Positions 48,201 to 57,610 are shown, counted from the stretch's first letter. The stretch: DNA of 64,000 nt from Bacteroidota bacterium (GCA_035495255.1 DATJGD010000012.1:34775-98774); one strand, 5' to 3'. Notes: generated by a model from the letters alone, not told the origin. Translations and numbers: made by a program.

Positions 48201-48796
48201 CGGAGAGGATTGTCTCCCGCATACGAGAACACATCGATAATGCCGCCGCGGACCGCAATGTCGCCGTAGCTTTCGACAAACTGTTTTCGTTCGAATCCCA
48301 GCGATTCAAGATTTTCGATGAGCTCCCGGAACTTGTACTGCTTGCCTGAATCAACTTCCACGATTCTTTTAGTGAAGGCGCGCGGCGGCGGCAGTTTTTC
48401 TGCGATCGATTGCGCCGACGCAACGACGATCAAACGTAGATCAGACGAAATCGATTTCAGCGTTTCTATTTGCGAAATCGAAGAGGTCATATCGAGCGTC
48501 TGCGCCGAGTGCGCCGGGCTGGATCCGAAGAACCGGACACGATCTTCTCCTGCGAGAATCGCACAATCGTCTCGAAGTTTTTCCGCGCGCTCCTGATCCG
48601 AACCGATGAGCAAAACATTTTTGACGCCCGGAGAAGTATCTCCTCCCTCTTCGAAGAGGTTGACCGCAACGAACGCGAGAAGAGATCCGGCGGCGCCGTC
48701 AACGACGAGCGGCTTCCCCGGGTGGAGTGATCCAGCCTTCTTCGCAAGGGCTTTGAACTCGGCCGAACGGTATATTTTTTCCTTGATTTCCTTCAA
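45284..48796 (-). CDS. mfd: transcription-repair coupling factor Mfd
   Basis: 1170 aa. UvrB-homology N-terminus, RNAP-interaction domain, superfamily-2 helicase motifs (GDVGFGKTEVA, DEEHRFG), TRG motif. Confidence 0.95.
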   Translation of the reverse strand: MKEIKEKIYRSAEFKALAKKAGSLHPGKPLVVDGAAGSLLAFVAVNLFEEGGDTSPGVKNVLLIGSDQERAEKLRDDCAILAGEDRVRFFGSSPAHSAQTLDMTSSISQIETLKSISSDLRLIVVASAQSIAEKLPPPRAFTKRIVEVDSGKQYKFRELIENLESLGFERKQFVESYGDIAVRGGIIDVFSYAGDNPLRLEFWGDTVESIREFDALSQRSIRQMKSASIVPALQSSAPGEEGTGQAAPGEKEATDTSARTSSLLDYIGENSLVVLDDPASIDREITERLAEEAAGLFSAEEINVQLARFRVIESSPIRNQSSDLTFSAAPQPAFNGSIGRLVEALRKFTAEGYSVLLTSDMKAESDRLKELIEETPSGNPEVEPGGRFHAGGDGSVEEHNEPEEVDEARLQKIAPKFLSETIHSGFIYHPERLVVFTEHEIFGRLRRRGLAKRKRFKGFSQKEVQQLRRGDFVVHVDHGIGVFDGLKKLTVGGIEQEVMKMHFLEDDVLYVNLNFINRVQKYSSAEGHAPVLNKLGTPEWEKAKARAKKRVKDIARDLMKLYARRKHEHGTAFSPDSHWQKELEASFMYEDTPDQASATLAVKQDMESSSPMDRLICGDVGFGKTEVAVRAAFKAVMDGKQVGLLVPTTILALQHYNTFHDRLSRYATRIEHLTRFKSKKEQKNVVEALRGGSVDIVIGTHRLLSKDIAFKDLGLLIIDEEHRFGVAAKEKLRQLKATVDTLSLTATPIPRTLHFSLMGARDLSLISTPPRNRLPIITEIIPASEGRQAHWNIFREAIMKELHRGGQVYVVHDRVQNIDTITSQIKTHVPHARVHAAHGQMKGHELEQTMMDFLEKKFDVLVATKIIESGLDIPSVNSIIINRADRFGLAELYQLRGRVGRSNIQAYAYLLVPPLGILPKQTLRRLQAIEEFSELGSGFNLAMRDLEIRGAGNVFGAEQSGFIMEMGFEMYERIVREAVEELKEEEFKELFTAQVSGAEPHLPETIIESDIEALIPDFYVESDTERLDLYRRLYKVRSEAELKNIREELVDRFGQYPEEVEHLTGLMTLRLIAAGGNFIKVSLKGQTLVVTLPDSSDDKFYGTQSDAESPFQLIMRKLADKSLKNIQLRQQGKDLTLQTALPATADPQLRLAAAAKVIGEMADASRRVSQ

Positions 48797-48979
48797 ATGT
48801 ATTTTTCGGAATTCGAATGGCGTTGCCTTCTTGGCGAAAACACTCTACCCCTACTCGCTCCGTTTGAGGGAAAAAGTAAGGGTTATCCATAAGTTACGCA
48901 TCGCCCCAGGGATTTGCAAAAAGAACTTGCAAGAAATACGCGCATTGTACATTAGTATTGTTGTGAATATATTGAGCCT

Positions 48980-49402
48980 ATGGACGATCCGATCAAAGTA
49001 ACGAGCCATTTGTCTATCCCACTGGGAGAATTAGAATTCCATTTCGCACGGAGCGGCGGTAAGGGAGGGCAAAACGTCAATAAGGTGGAAACGAAGGTCG
49101 AGCTGTTTTTCGATGTTGAGCATTCAGCGAGCCTTTCTGATCATCATCGCAACAAACTCATGTCGGAGCTGAGGTCCCGCCTCGACAGCCGGGGGATGCT
49201 GAGAATTGTCGCCCAGGACTCGCGAAGCCAGTGGCAAAACCGCGAGCTTGCGGTTGAGCGTTTGGTCGAAGTCCTGCAAGCTGCGCTCAAAACGAAGAAA
49301 AAGCGGGTTGCGACGAAAACGCCGGCCGCGGCGAAGGAGCGGCGGCTTGTGGAGAAGAAGCGGCGGGGAATCATCATTCGCTCCCGGAGAATCGAGGACT
49401 AG
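48980..49402 (+). CDS. arfB: alternative ribosome-rescue factor ArfB (peptidyl-tRNA hydrolase, RF-1 GGQ domain)
   Basis: 140 aa. SGGKGGQNVNKVETKV (GGQ motif) plus a basic C-terminal tail (KKKRVATKTPAAAKERR...). Confidence 0.85.
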   Translation: MDDPIKVTSHLSIPLGELEFHFARSGGKGGQNVNKVETKVELFFDVEHSASLSDHHRNKLMSELRSRLDSRGMLRIVAQDSRSQWQNRELAVERLVEVLQAALKTKKKRVATKTPAAAKERRLVEKKRRGIIIRSRRIED

Positions 49403-49428
49403 CCGGCTTTTGACTTTAGCAGAGTCCT

Positions 49429-49710
49429 TTAGGCAGCCGGTTTCCCGGCCTGCGGCGCTCCGAGAATCTTATTTGCCATCCACACCGACAGCAAGAAGAT
49501 GCCGAGAATTAATCCGAACGCGAGCAGCCATGAGAGATAAATTTCGAAAGCAATAAGGAAGGTAAGAACGATTGTAAGAATTCCGATATTGATCAGCTGC
49601 AGTAAAAAGGCGTTACGCCGCTTCTCATACTTGGGAATGATCCCAAGCCACTCCGATACCAGGGAGACCGCGATCGAGACTGCAATTATTTCGAGGGCAA
49701 AAAGAAACAT
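49429..49710 (-). CDS. small hypothetical membrane protein (3 TM)
   Basis: Start chosen at MFLFALEIIAVSIAV (M53 of the track ORF), which avoids overlap with the end of thyX. Purely hydrophobic. No recognisable family. Confidence 0.4.
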   Translation of the reverse strand: MFLFALEIIAVSIAVSLVSEWLGIIPKYEKRRNAFLLQLINIGILTIVLTFLIAFEIYLSWLLAFGLILGIFLLSVWMANKILGAPQAGKPAA

Positions 49711-49792
49711 ATCGTAATTGGTTTTCCTGTCTTTACGATATGATGGGTAGAAAGTTGGCGGAGGAGAGGGATGGCCCCGGTAAGCTCCAGAA

Positions 49793-50668
49793 TTAAGCCT
49801 TTTTCTCCGGATGAGCAGCCAGGCCTTCAAGTTTCTCCAGAAACTCTTCGGCTTCTCGTTTTCCAAATCCCTTCGATTCCAGATATTCCTGCGTGACCCC
49901 GTCCTTTGTAAGACGCTCGCCGATCACCGCCATCTCGAGACGTGAGAACTTCTGGCTCTTGAGAATATAATCCTCAAATGCTTCCCAGGCGAACGGCGCC
50001 ACGCATTTTGCGATCTCCGCCATTGCTTCTCCGTATACCCGGATCTCATACTGCGCGTGGGGATCGATGCGCAACCGCAGAAAATGGAAGAGATTGTGCA
50101 GATCGATCTTCCAGTACCATTCGGTGTACAGCGAGAGCGGAAGATTGATGCGGGCAAGCTCGCGGGCGATGTCGGATTCGAGCATCTGCTCGTACTCGCC
50201 GTATAATTTTTCCTGCGAAGAGGTTAAGATATGCAGCACGTTCATGCGCAAGTCGGCCGGCACATCCTCGTCGCGGCGCCCCTGCTTGTTCTGAAGGCTT
50301 TGGAAATGTATCGCGTGGTGCTCGGGAACGTAAAACTCATCTTTCATGACCGAATAGCGGCCCGAGTATTCGTTCACGTTCGCCGTGCGGTGGCGGATCC
50401 ATTGGCGGGCGACAAAGATCGGCAGCTTGATGTGGAACTTGAGCTCGACCATTTCGAACGGCGTCGTGTGAAGGTGCCGCATGAGGTAGCGGATGAGGCC
50501 GCGGTCCTCATTGACGGTCTTTGTTCCCTTCCCGTAGGAGACGCGCGCAGCCTGGACGATCGATTCGTCTCCACCCATAAAATCGACAAGGCGGACAAAG
50601 CCCGCGTTGAGACATTTGAACTCTTTATCTAAGACTGCTTCTGCCGCCGGGTTCGAAACGTGTGCCAT
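49793..50668 (-). CDS. thyX: flavin-dependent thymidylate synthase ThyX
   Basis: 291 aa. RHRTANVNEYSGRYS (the ThyX RHRxxxxxS motif). Confidence 0.9.
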   Translation of the reverse strand: MAHVSNPAAEAVLDKEFKCLNAGFVRLVDFMGGDESIVQAARVSYGKGTKTVNEDRGLIRYLMRHLHTTPFEMVELKFHIKLPIFVARQWIRHRTANVNEYSGRYSVMKDEFYVPEHHAIHFQSLQNKQGRRDEDVPADLRMNVLHILTSSQEKLYGEYEQMLESDIARELARINLPLSLYTEWYWKIDLHNLFHFLRLRIDPHAQYEIRVYGEAMAEIAKCVAPFAWEAFEDYILKSQKFSRLEMAVIGERLTKDGVTQEYLESKGFGKREAEEFLEKLEGLAAHPEKKA

Positions 50669-50787
50669 GGAGTGTTGGACTGTTGAGTGCGGTTCAATGT
50701 ACTAATTAGAGCGGAGAAAGCCAAGAGGAAAACGGCGGTCCCGCTCATCGCCGTTGTATCTTGTCCCGCCTTTGACTATCTTTTTCA

Positions 50788-51195
50788 ATGCAAAGAGTCG
50801 CGGTCGGAATTTTATTGAATAACGGCAAGATCCTCCTCTGCCAGCGGAAACGCACGGCGGCGAAGTACCCTCTGAAATGGGAATTCCCCGGAGGCAAAAT
50901 CGAAGAAGGGGAATCCGCCGAGCAATGCCTTCGCCGCGAGCTTGTGGAAGAATTGGGAATTCAGGCGAATGTCGGGCTCCTCTATCATCAGCAGCACGCG
51001 CTCTACTCCGACGGCAGGGAATACGACGTCTTCTATTATGTCGTTCCGAACTTTACCGGCGTCATGACGAATCATGTGTTTGAAGAGTATATCTGGATCC
51101 CGGTCCGGGAGTTTCCTTCGTACGATATTCTGGAAGGAAATAAGGATGTTATGAACAAACTGCTTGCGGACGATGATCTTCACCGACCGGGTTAA
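50788..51195 (+). CDS. Nudix hydrolase, MutT-like (8-oxo-dGTP diphosphatase candidate)
   Basis: 135 aa with an intact Nudix box GGKIEEGESAEQCLRRELVEELGI (Gx5Ex7REUxEExGU). Confidence 0.8.
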   Translation: MQRVAVGILLNNGKILLCQRKRTAAKYPLKWEFPGGKIEEGESAEQCLRRELVEELGIQANVGLLYHQQHALYSDGREYDVFYYVVPNFTGVMTNHVFEEYIWIPVREFPSYDILEGNKDVMNKLLADDDLHRPG

Positions 51196-52075
51196 GCTGC
51201 GGCGCCTGCACCGTTCAGTTGAATCGTGGTATCGCAATCATCGCCGGGACCTTCAATGGCGAACGACGCGGGACCCCTATGAGATTCTTGTGTCGGAGAT
51301 TATGCTGCAGCAGACGCAGGTCCGCCGCGTCCAGGAAAAACTCCCCATATTTTTGAAACGCTTTCCGGACTTTACGGCACTCGCCCGCTCACAAAAGAGC
51401 GACGTCATCCGGGCCTGGGAAGGGATGGGCTACAACAACCGGGCCGTCCGGCTCAATGAGCTCGCACGAATCATTGTGAAGGAACATCACTCCCGGCTTC
51501 CATCGGATATCGCGACGCTCCAGTCTCTTCCCGGCATCGGCCCATATACCGCGCACGCCTTGACATCGTTCGCATTCCGAAAACGCGTGCCTGTTGTCGA
51601 TGTGAATATCCGCCGCGTCTTCTCCCGAATTTTCACAACAGGAAAAATGTTGTCCGACCGGGATGCATGGAAACTTGCTGAGAAAGTATTGCCGGCATCC
51701 GCGTTTACATGGAACCAGGCGCTCATGGACCTGGGAGCCGTGATCTGCACGGCTCGCAAACCGGCGTGCCCATTGTGTCCCATTGCGCGATTGTGTTCGT
51801 CGCGATCGGTTATCAAGAGAATGCCGGCCGTAGCGAAGACGAATCCGGAACCTTCATATCACGGACTTCCCCGCCGCATCTGGCGCGGAAAGATTGTTCA
51901 AGCCCTGCGAAATTCTCCGCGCAAACAAGTCCGTCTCTCCTCGTTGGCCGGAGCAATTCGGCTTACGGCAGCAGATCAGCCATGGATCGGCGAGCTGGTC
52001 CGTCATCTCGAAAAAGACGGATTGATCGTCACCCGGAAAATTACAAATACAACATATGTCTCCCTCGCGGCATGA
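51164..52075 (+). CDS. HhH-GPD [4Fe-4S] DNA glycosylase of the MutY/Nth family lacking the MutY C-terminal Nudix-like domain
   Basis: HhH motif LPGIGPYTAHAL. Catalytic-Asp region. FeS loop CTARKPACPLCPIARLC (Cx6Cx2Cx5C). The C-terminal ~90 aa are unrelated to the MutT fold. Overlaps both neighbours. Confidence 0.75.
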   Translation: MRTMIFTDRVKLRRLHRSVESWYRNHRRDLQWRTTRDPYEILVSEIMLQQTQVRRVQEKLPIFLKRFPDFTALARSQKSDVIRAWEGMGYNNRAVRLNELARIIVKEHHSRLPSDIATLQSLPGIGPYTAHALTSFAFRKRVPVVDVNIRRVFSRIFTTGKMLSDRDAWKLAEKVLPASAFTWNQALMDLGAVICTARKPACPLCPIARLCSSRSVIKRMPAVAKTNPEPSYHGLPRRIWRGKIVQALRNSPRKQVRLSSLAGAIRLTAADQPWIGELVRHLEKDGLIVTRKITNTTYVSLAA

Positions 52076-52703
52076 CAAGGTCACCCTTGCGCAAGCGAAC
52101 ATCGTTCGCTTGTTCAACGAGCGGAGAGTCGCAATTCAAACGCGGCTTGAGGAATTCAAACAGGTCCCTTCTTCCGAATATTTTTACGAGCTCGTCTATT
52201 GTCTCCTGACCCCGCAGTCGAGCGCGGTGAACGCCGGCCTGGCCGTCGAACTGCTGCGGAGGCACGACCTGTTCGGTTCCGAAATCAACCCCGAACCCCT
52301 CCTCCACCAGAAAGAGTTTTACATCCGGTTTCATAAGACGAAGGCAAAACACCTGCTTGCCGTCAAGGAAGGCTATTCCGCCATTGCGGGGCAGCTCTCC
52401 AACGGGACAACCAGCGTGGAATTGCGGGAATGGCTCGTCGTGAATGTGAAAGGGCTGGGCTGGAAGGAGTCCTCGCATTTCCTCCGGAACATCGGTCACG
52501 AAGACCTCGCCATACTTGACCGGCATATCCTGAGAAATCTTGTGCGCTTAAAGGTCCTTCATCGCCTTCCGCCAACCCTTACAAAGAAGCGGTATTTGGC
52601 AATCGAGAAAAAATTTTTTAAGTTTGCACAGCAAATTGGCATCCCGATGGATGAGCTCGACCTCCTCTTCTGGAGCATGGAGACGGGCGAAATTCTTAAA
52701 TAG
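52056..52703 (+). CDS. Ogg2/archaeal-type 8-oxoguanine DNA glycosylase / AP lyase (N-glycosylase/DNA lyase)
   Basis: 215 aa. HhH-GPD motif ...VKGLGWKESSHFLRNIGHEDLAILDRHI with catalytic K and D, and the length of the Ogg2 family. Confidence 0.7.
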   Translation: MSPSRHDKVTLAQANIVRLFNERRVAIQTRLEEFKQVPSSEYFYELVYCLLTPQSSAVNAGLAVELLRRHDLFGSEINPEPLLHQKEFYIRFHKTKAKHLLAVKEGYSAIAGQLSNGTTSVELREWLVVNVKGLGWKESSHFLRNIGHEDLAILDRHILRNLVRLKVLHRLPPTLTKKRYLAIEKKFFKFAQQIGIPMDELDLLFWSMETGEILK

Positions 52704-52709
52704 AATACT

Positions 52710-53876
52710 ATGAAAGCACTTGTACTCGGAGCCGGAATGATGGGCAGCGCCATGGCGTACGACCTGGCCCATTCTCCCGGCGTTGAAAAGATCATCCTCG
52801 CGGACATCAATGAAGATGCCGCACGGTCAGTTGCGGTGAGAACTGCGAAGCACGTCGAGCCGCGGAAGCTCGATATCAATTATTTTGACGAGGTTGTCGA
52901 CCTTATGGGGGGCGTCGACGTCGCTCTTGGAGCGACAAGCTACACACACAATGTCCTTCTGACAAAAGCCGCGATCGAAGCGAAAGTCCATTTCACCGAT
53001 CTTGGCGGCAACATGGATGTCGTCTATAAACAGATGGCTTTCGACGCGCAGGCGCGCGCCGCAAATATTCTTATTCTCCCCAACTGCGGCCTTGCTCCGG
53101 GGATGGCGTGCGTTATTGCCGCCGGCGGCGCAAAGAAGTTCAGCGACGTGCGGGAAATTCACATACGGGTAGGGGGCCTTCCGCAGCATCCCCAGCCCCC
53201 GCTGAATTACCAGCTCGTCTTTTCTCCCGAAGGACTGATCAACGAATACATCGAACCCGCCGAAGTGATCCGGGCCGGCGAGCCGCTCACGGTTGAATCA
53301 ATGGTGGATCTTGAAGAGCTGGAGTTCCCGAAACCGTTCGGGAAAGTCGAAGCGTTCAACACCTCGGGCGGAACGTCGACCCTGACCCGGATGTTCAAGG
53401 GGAAAGTCAAAGAACTCGATTACAAGACGATCCGCTACAAAGGCCATTGCGAAAAATTCAAGACACTGCTGGATCTCGGATTCGGGAGCTCGGAACCGGT
53501 GACCGTCGGATCGCATGTGTTCACGGCCCGCGAGTACTTCGAGCATTTATTGAAAAAAAAGCTTCCGATGAACGGGCCCGACGTGGTGCTCACGCGCGTC
53601 ACGATAAAAGGCATAATGAACGGGGAAGGAAAGACCCTGAACTACGAAATGGTCGATTACTTCGACCAGGTCGCCGGGCTGACGTCCATGATGCGCACGA
53701 CCTCCTTTCCGACATCGATCATCGCACAGATGGCCGCGAACGGGACGATCACAACGCGCGGAGTCGCTCCGCCCGAACAGTGCGTTCCTCTCGATCCCTT
53801 CATCGCGGAGCTTAAGAAGAGAAATATTATTATAAAAGAAACCTCCTCAAAGATCCTTTCGTTCGGTGAGAAATGA
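52710..53876 (+). CDS. saccharopine dehydrogenase-family NAD(P)-dependent oxidoreductase
   Basis: 388 aa. N-terminal Rossmann MKALVLGAGMMGSAMAYDL, and a Sacchrp_dh_C-like C-terminal half. Confidence 0.75.
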   Translation: MKALVLGAGMMGSAMAYDLAHSPGVEKIILADINEDAARSVAVRTAKHVEPRKLDINYFDEVVDLMGGVDVALGATSYTHNVLLTKAAIEAKVHFTDLGGNMDVVYKQMAFDAQARAANILILPNCGLAPGMACVIAAGGAKKFSDVREIHIRVGGLPQHPQPPLNYQLVFSPEGLINEYIEPAEVIRAGEPLTVESMVDLEELEFPKPFGKVEAFNTSGGTSTLTRMFKGKVKELDYKTIRYKGHCEKFKTLLDLGFGSSEPVTVGSHVFTAREYFEHLLKKKLPMNGPDVVLTRVTIKGIMNGEGKTLNYEMVDYFDQVAGLTSMMRTTSFPTSIIAQMAANGTITTRGVAPPEQCVPLDPFIAELKKRNIIIKETSSKILSFGEK

Positions 53877-54020
53877 AACGGCCGCTCTCAGTGGTGATCA
53901 TATCGAAGAACCCGAAAACGATGCAGGAGACGCATAACCGGTTCGACACGCAAACGAGTTTTCCGAGGGTGCGGTTATTCTTTATATTCTTAAAGGCTTT
54001 TTTTACAGGACATTTCTGAA

Positions 54021-54518
54021 ATGGCAGATTCGTTTTCATTTGACATCGTATCGAAGGTCGACATGCAGGAGGTCGACAACGCGCTCAATCAGGCCCGCAA
54101 GGAGATCACACAGCGGTACGACTTCAAGGGATCCAAGACCTCGATCGATCTCAATCAGAAAGAATTCGAGATCGTCATTATCTCCGACGATGAATTCAGG
54201 ATGAAATCCGTCATCGACATCCTCCAGGGAAAGTTCGTGAAGCGAAATGTGCCGCTGAAGGCGCTCACCTACGGCGCCATAGAACAGGCGTCCGGAGGCA
54301 CGGTGCGTCAATCGATCAGGCTGCAGAACGGAATCGACAAAGAGAACGCGAAGCATATTACAAAAATGATCAAGGACTCGAAGCTGAAAGTCCAGGCGCA
54401 GATCATGGACGACCAGGTTCGGGTCACCAGCAAGAGCAAAGACGATCTGCAGTCTGTCATGGCGCTGGTGCGAGGGGCAGACCTGAAATTCGCGGTCCAG
54501 TTTGTCAATTACCGGTAA
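54021..54518 (+). CDS. yajQ: YajQ-family nucleotide-binding protein (UPF0234)
   Basis: 165 aa. [24 protein letters not shown]...YDFKGS, the hallmark YajQ N-terminus. Confidence 0.85.
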   Translation: MADSFSFDIVSKVDMQEVDNALNQARKEITQRYDFKGSKTSIDLNQKEFEIVIISDDEFRMKSVIDILQGKFVKRNVPLKALTYGAIEQASGGTVRQSIRLQNGIDKENAKHITKMIKDSKLKVQAQIMDDQVRVTSKSKDDLQSVMALVRGADLKFAVQFVNYR

Positions 54519-54519
54519 C

Positions 54520-56097
54520 ATGCGCTCGCTCAGACTTGGGCTATATTTCCTGCTGTTTACCTCGTTCGCCTTCGCGCAAAACTCTCTCCCGGTAACGTTT
54601 CTCCAGGCTCCTTCGCGCAACTCCCACATCGGCAAGTTTACGCGGAACGGAATGACCTACGGATCGCTCGACGATCTGGCGCGGGTGTTCGTCATTGATA
54701 CCTATGCCGATTCGGACGCCGCGAAAATGGAGTTGAGAACCGAAGCCTACACCATCACGGCGAGCGCCGGCAACCCCTTCATTGTATTGACCGACCTTCA
54801 GCACAATAGCAACGTCGTGCAGATGCCGGCCGAGGTCCGCTTCGCCGCAGGGAGCTATTTTGTTCCGCTCGAATCGTTTATCCCCATCCTGGATTATATC
54901 TCCCCGGAAGCGATCGCTTTCGACCGGGTGCGCACGGCTGTTATTGTCGGAACGGTGACTCCTGTTTCGCGCTTCGACGTCACCGGCGTGGATTTTGAGC
55001 AGAAAACCAACGGTTATCTGGTAAAAATTCACTGCGCGAAAAACCTGCCGGACTACGAGACATTTCTGAAGATCGACGGCGACGACACCTGGTTGTACGT
55101 CACGATCGCCGACGCGCGCGCCGACGAAGCGGCATTCAAACGAATACGCCCTTCCGGATTCGTGAAAAAAATTATGGTGTTCCAGTCCCCCACCTCCGTT
55201 CAGCTGACGATCCGCATCAAAGGCCAGATGGACAGCCATGAGCCAATCGCCTCTCCGGGCAGCAACGATATCTTCGTCGCGATCCGGCCTTCAACCGAAG
55301 AGCAGTCGGCAAAATATAAAGAACGCGAATACCAGCACAACCTCGAACGCGAGCGGAAACGGTGGAAGCTGGATGTCGTCGTCATCGACGCCGGCCACGG
55401 CGGGAAAGACCCCGGGACGATCGGCGTGACGAAGACGAAGGAAAAAGACGTGACGCTGGCGATCGCGCTCAAGCTGGGAAAGCTCCTTGAAAAGCAGCTC
55501 CCCGGCGTCCGTGTCGTCTACACGCGAAAGACCGATGAGTTTATTGAGCTGTACCGCCGCGGACAGATCGCCAATGAATCGGGCGGGAAGCTCTTCGTGA
55601 GCATTCACTGCAACGCCATGCCGCGGAAGCCGCGGTCGACGAGCGGATTTGAGATCTATCTCCTCCGTCCCGGTAAGACGGAGAAGGCGATCAGCATCGC
55701 TGAACGGGAAAACGCCGTCGTGAAAATGGAAGAAGGGTACGAGCAGCGGTACAAAGAGCTCACAGAGGATAATTTTATTCTCATGACGATGGCGCAAAGC
55801 GCCTATGTGAAGTACAGCGAACAGTTTGCGGATATCCTGCGGCAGGAAATGGGAAAGCGACTCGACCTCGACAACAACGGCACGAAGCAGGCAGGGTTTT
55901 ACGTACTTGTCGGGGCATCGATGCCGAACGTGCTTGTCGAAACAGGGTATCTGTCCAACACTCACGACGAAAAGATCCTCAAGAGCACGAAGGGACAGCA
56001 GAAAATTGCAGAATCGATTTTTTACGGAATCAAGAAGTACAAGACAGATTATGAGCGCTCGCTTCAGGAAGGCGCCTCCATCGGATCAACGAGATAA
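54520..56097 (+). CDS. N-acetylmuramoyl-L-alanine amidase (AmiC-like, with N-terminal AMIN-type domains)
   Basis: Signal peptide MRSLRLGLYFLLFTSFAFAQ, two beta-rich AMIN-like modules, then an Amidase_3 core (VVIDAGHGGKDPG...SIHCNA...E). Confidence 0.85.
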   Translation: MRSLRLGLYFLLFTSFAFAQNSLPVTFLQAPSRNSHIGKFTRNGMTYGSLDDLARVFVIDTYADSDAAKMELRTEAYTITASAGNPFIVLTDLQHNSNVVQMPAEVRFAAGSYFVPLESFIPILDYISPEAIAFDRVRTAVIVGTVTPVSRFDVTGVDFEQKTNGYLVKIHCAKNLPDYETFLKIDGDDTWLYVTIADARADEAAFKRIRPSGFVKKIMVFQSPTSVQLTIRIKGQMDSHEPIASPGSNDIFVAIRPSTEEQSAKYKEREYQHNLERERKRWKLDVVVIDAGHGGKDPGTIGVTKTKEKDVTLAIALKLGKLLEKQLPGVRVVYTRKTDEFIELYRRGQIANESGGKLFVSIHCNAMPRKPRSTSGFEIYLLRPGKTEKAISIAERENAVVKMEEGYEQRYKELTEDNFILMTMAQSAYVKYSEQFADILRQEMGKRLDLDNNGTKQAGFYVLVGASMPNVLVETGYLSNTHDEKILKSTKGQQKIAESIFYGIKKYKTDYERSLQEGASIGSTR

Positions 56098-57578
56098 TGT
56101 TAAAGAAGCTTCGCATATCGACAAAATTATTGCTGACGATCTTTCCGCTTCTTCTTCTGGGAATCGGGACGAGTATCTATCTCAATAACCGGTACCAGGA
56201 GCAGGAGATGCTCGCCCAGGCGCAGGCTTCCGCGCAAACTGCCGCGGACATCTTGCGCGAATCGCTCGTCAACATGATGACGACCCGGTTAAAGGTCGAC
56301 GACGGGTACCTCTCCCAGCTTGCTTCGATCCGCGATCTCCGGAACCTTCACATCCACTTCCGCACCGATAGCCTTCATCTGCGCGACATGTACCAGGATG
56401 ATGAGCGCATCGCCCGCCTGCGAAACCGCGAGCAGATGATTCCGCCCATCGAAGCGCATGAACGGGAAGTGTTCAGCACCGGAGAGCCGATGTGGCAGCG
56501 CAAGGGAGACATGTTCAACGCGATCATTCCCTTCAAGGCGGTCGAAAAATGCCAGACGTGTCATGAAGTCCCGCCGGGCTATGTCCTCGGCGCGGCGGAA
56601 ATGGATATTTCGCTCGAACGGATTTCTGCGGCCGTGAACAGTAATTGGACACGATCGCTCTGGATCTTCGGAATTTTTATGACGGCCGCACTGGTGCTCT
56701 GTCTTGTTGTCTACCACATCGTGGTGCATCAAAATATGCGGCACCTCGTGGACGCAACGATTGCGATAGGACGGGGGAATCTTACGGACGAGCATTTGAA
56801 GCAGATCCATTCCGGCGACGAGCTCGGCGATCTCGCCCGCGCGTTTGACATGATGCGCTCAGAGCTCAATAATGCGCAGCAGAAAGTCATCCATACCGAA
56901 CGCCTTTCAATGGTGGGCCAGATGGCGAGCTCGATCGTGCATGATTTCCGGACCCCGATGAGCACCATCAATCTCGCGATTGAATCGCTGCAGAAAGGGA
57001 TGAACTTCACGCCGGAAAAGACCCAGGAATGGTACCGGATGATACGCGACGCCGTTCAGCGTATGGTGACGATGGCCCAGGAGCTTCTGGATTTTTCACG
57101 CGGCGACGTCCGGCTCGAAAAAGTTGAATTCCCGATACCGGAGTTTACGCATTTGTTGGTTAAGAGCGTCAAGCCGAGCCTCGATCAGGCGCACATTAAA
57201 TTAAAGATAGAGGAAAAATACAGCGGGACAGCGCTGGTGGACCCCGAGCGGCTCCAGCGCGCCTTCATTAACATCATTAACAACGCGCAGGACGCTATGT
57301 CGTCGGGAGGAATTCTCAACATCGCCACCGGGAGAGACGACGGCCATGTAACATTTAGCATTGCCGACACGGGAAAAGGCATACCGCCCGAGATCAAAGA
57401 TACCATCTTCGACGCGTTTGTCACCGCGGGGAAAAAGAAAGGGACCGGCCTGGGGCTGGCTATTACAAAACGCATTGTTGATCAACACAGCGGGGAAATC
57501 TTCGTTGCCAGCGAGAGCGGAAAAGGGACGACCTTCACAATAAGAATACCGCTCGGAGATACCTCGGACGACGATTAA
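56097..57578 (+). CDS. sensor histidine kinase with a periplasmic domain carrying a CXXCH motif
   Basis: TM1, a ~150-aa periplasmic domain containing FKAVEKCQTCHEVPPG, TM2, HAMP, HisKA (HDFRTPM) and HATPase_c (GTGLGLAI). No response regulator adjacent. Confidence 0.85.
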   Translation: MLKKLRISTKLLLTIFPLLLLGIGTSIYLNNRYQEQEMLAQAQASAQTAADILRESLVNMMTTRLKVDDGYLSQLASIRDLRNLHIHFRTDSLHLRDMYQDDERIARLRNREQMIPPIEAHEREVFSTGEPMWQRKGDMFNAIIPFKAVEKCQTCHEVPPGYVLGAAEMDISLERISAAVNSNWTRSLWIFGIFMTAALVLCLVVYHIVVHQNMRHLVDATIAIGRGNLTDEHLKQIHSGDELGDLARAFDMMRSELNNAQQKVIHTERLSMVGQMASSIVHDFRTPMSTINLAIESLQKGMNFTPEKTQEWYRMIRDAVQRMVTMAQELLDFSRGDVRLEKVEFPIPEFTHLLVKSVKPSLDQAHIKLKIEEKYSGTALVDPERLQRAFINIINNAQDAMSSGGILNIATGRDDGHVTFSIADTGKGIPPEIKDTIFDAFVTAGKKKGTGLGLAITKRIVDQHSGEIFVASESGKGTTFTIRIPLGDTSDDD

Positions 57579-57610
57579 GACGCCGTCCTCCCTCCGCAAT
57601 CTGCCTCCTG

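Noticed and set aside
49429-49866. Long form (145 aa) of the small membrane protein starting at MENEKPKSF...
   Set aside because: It would overlap the 3' end of thyX by 74 nt. The hydrophobic core begins at the internal Met (49710), so the shorter form is preferred. Even that is low confidence.
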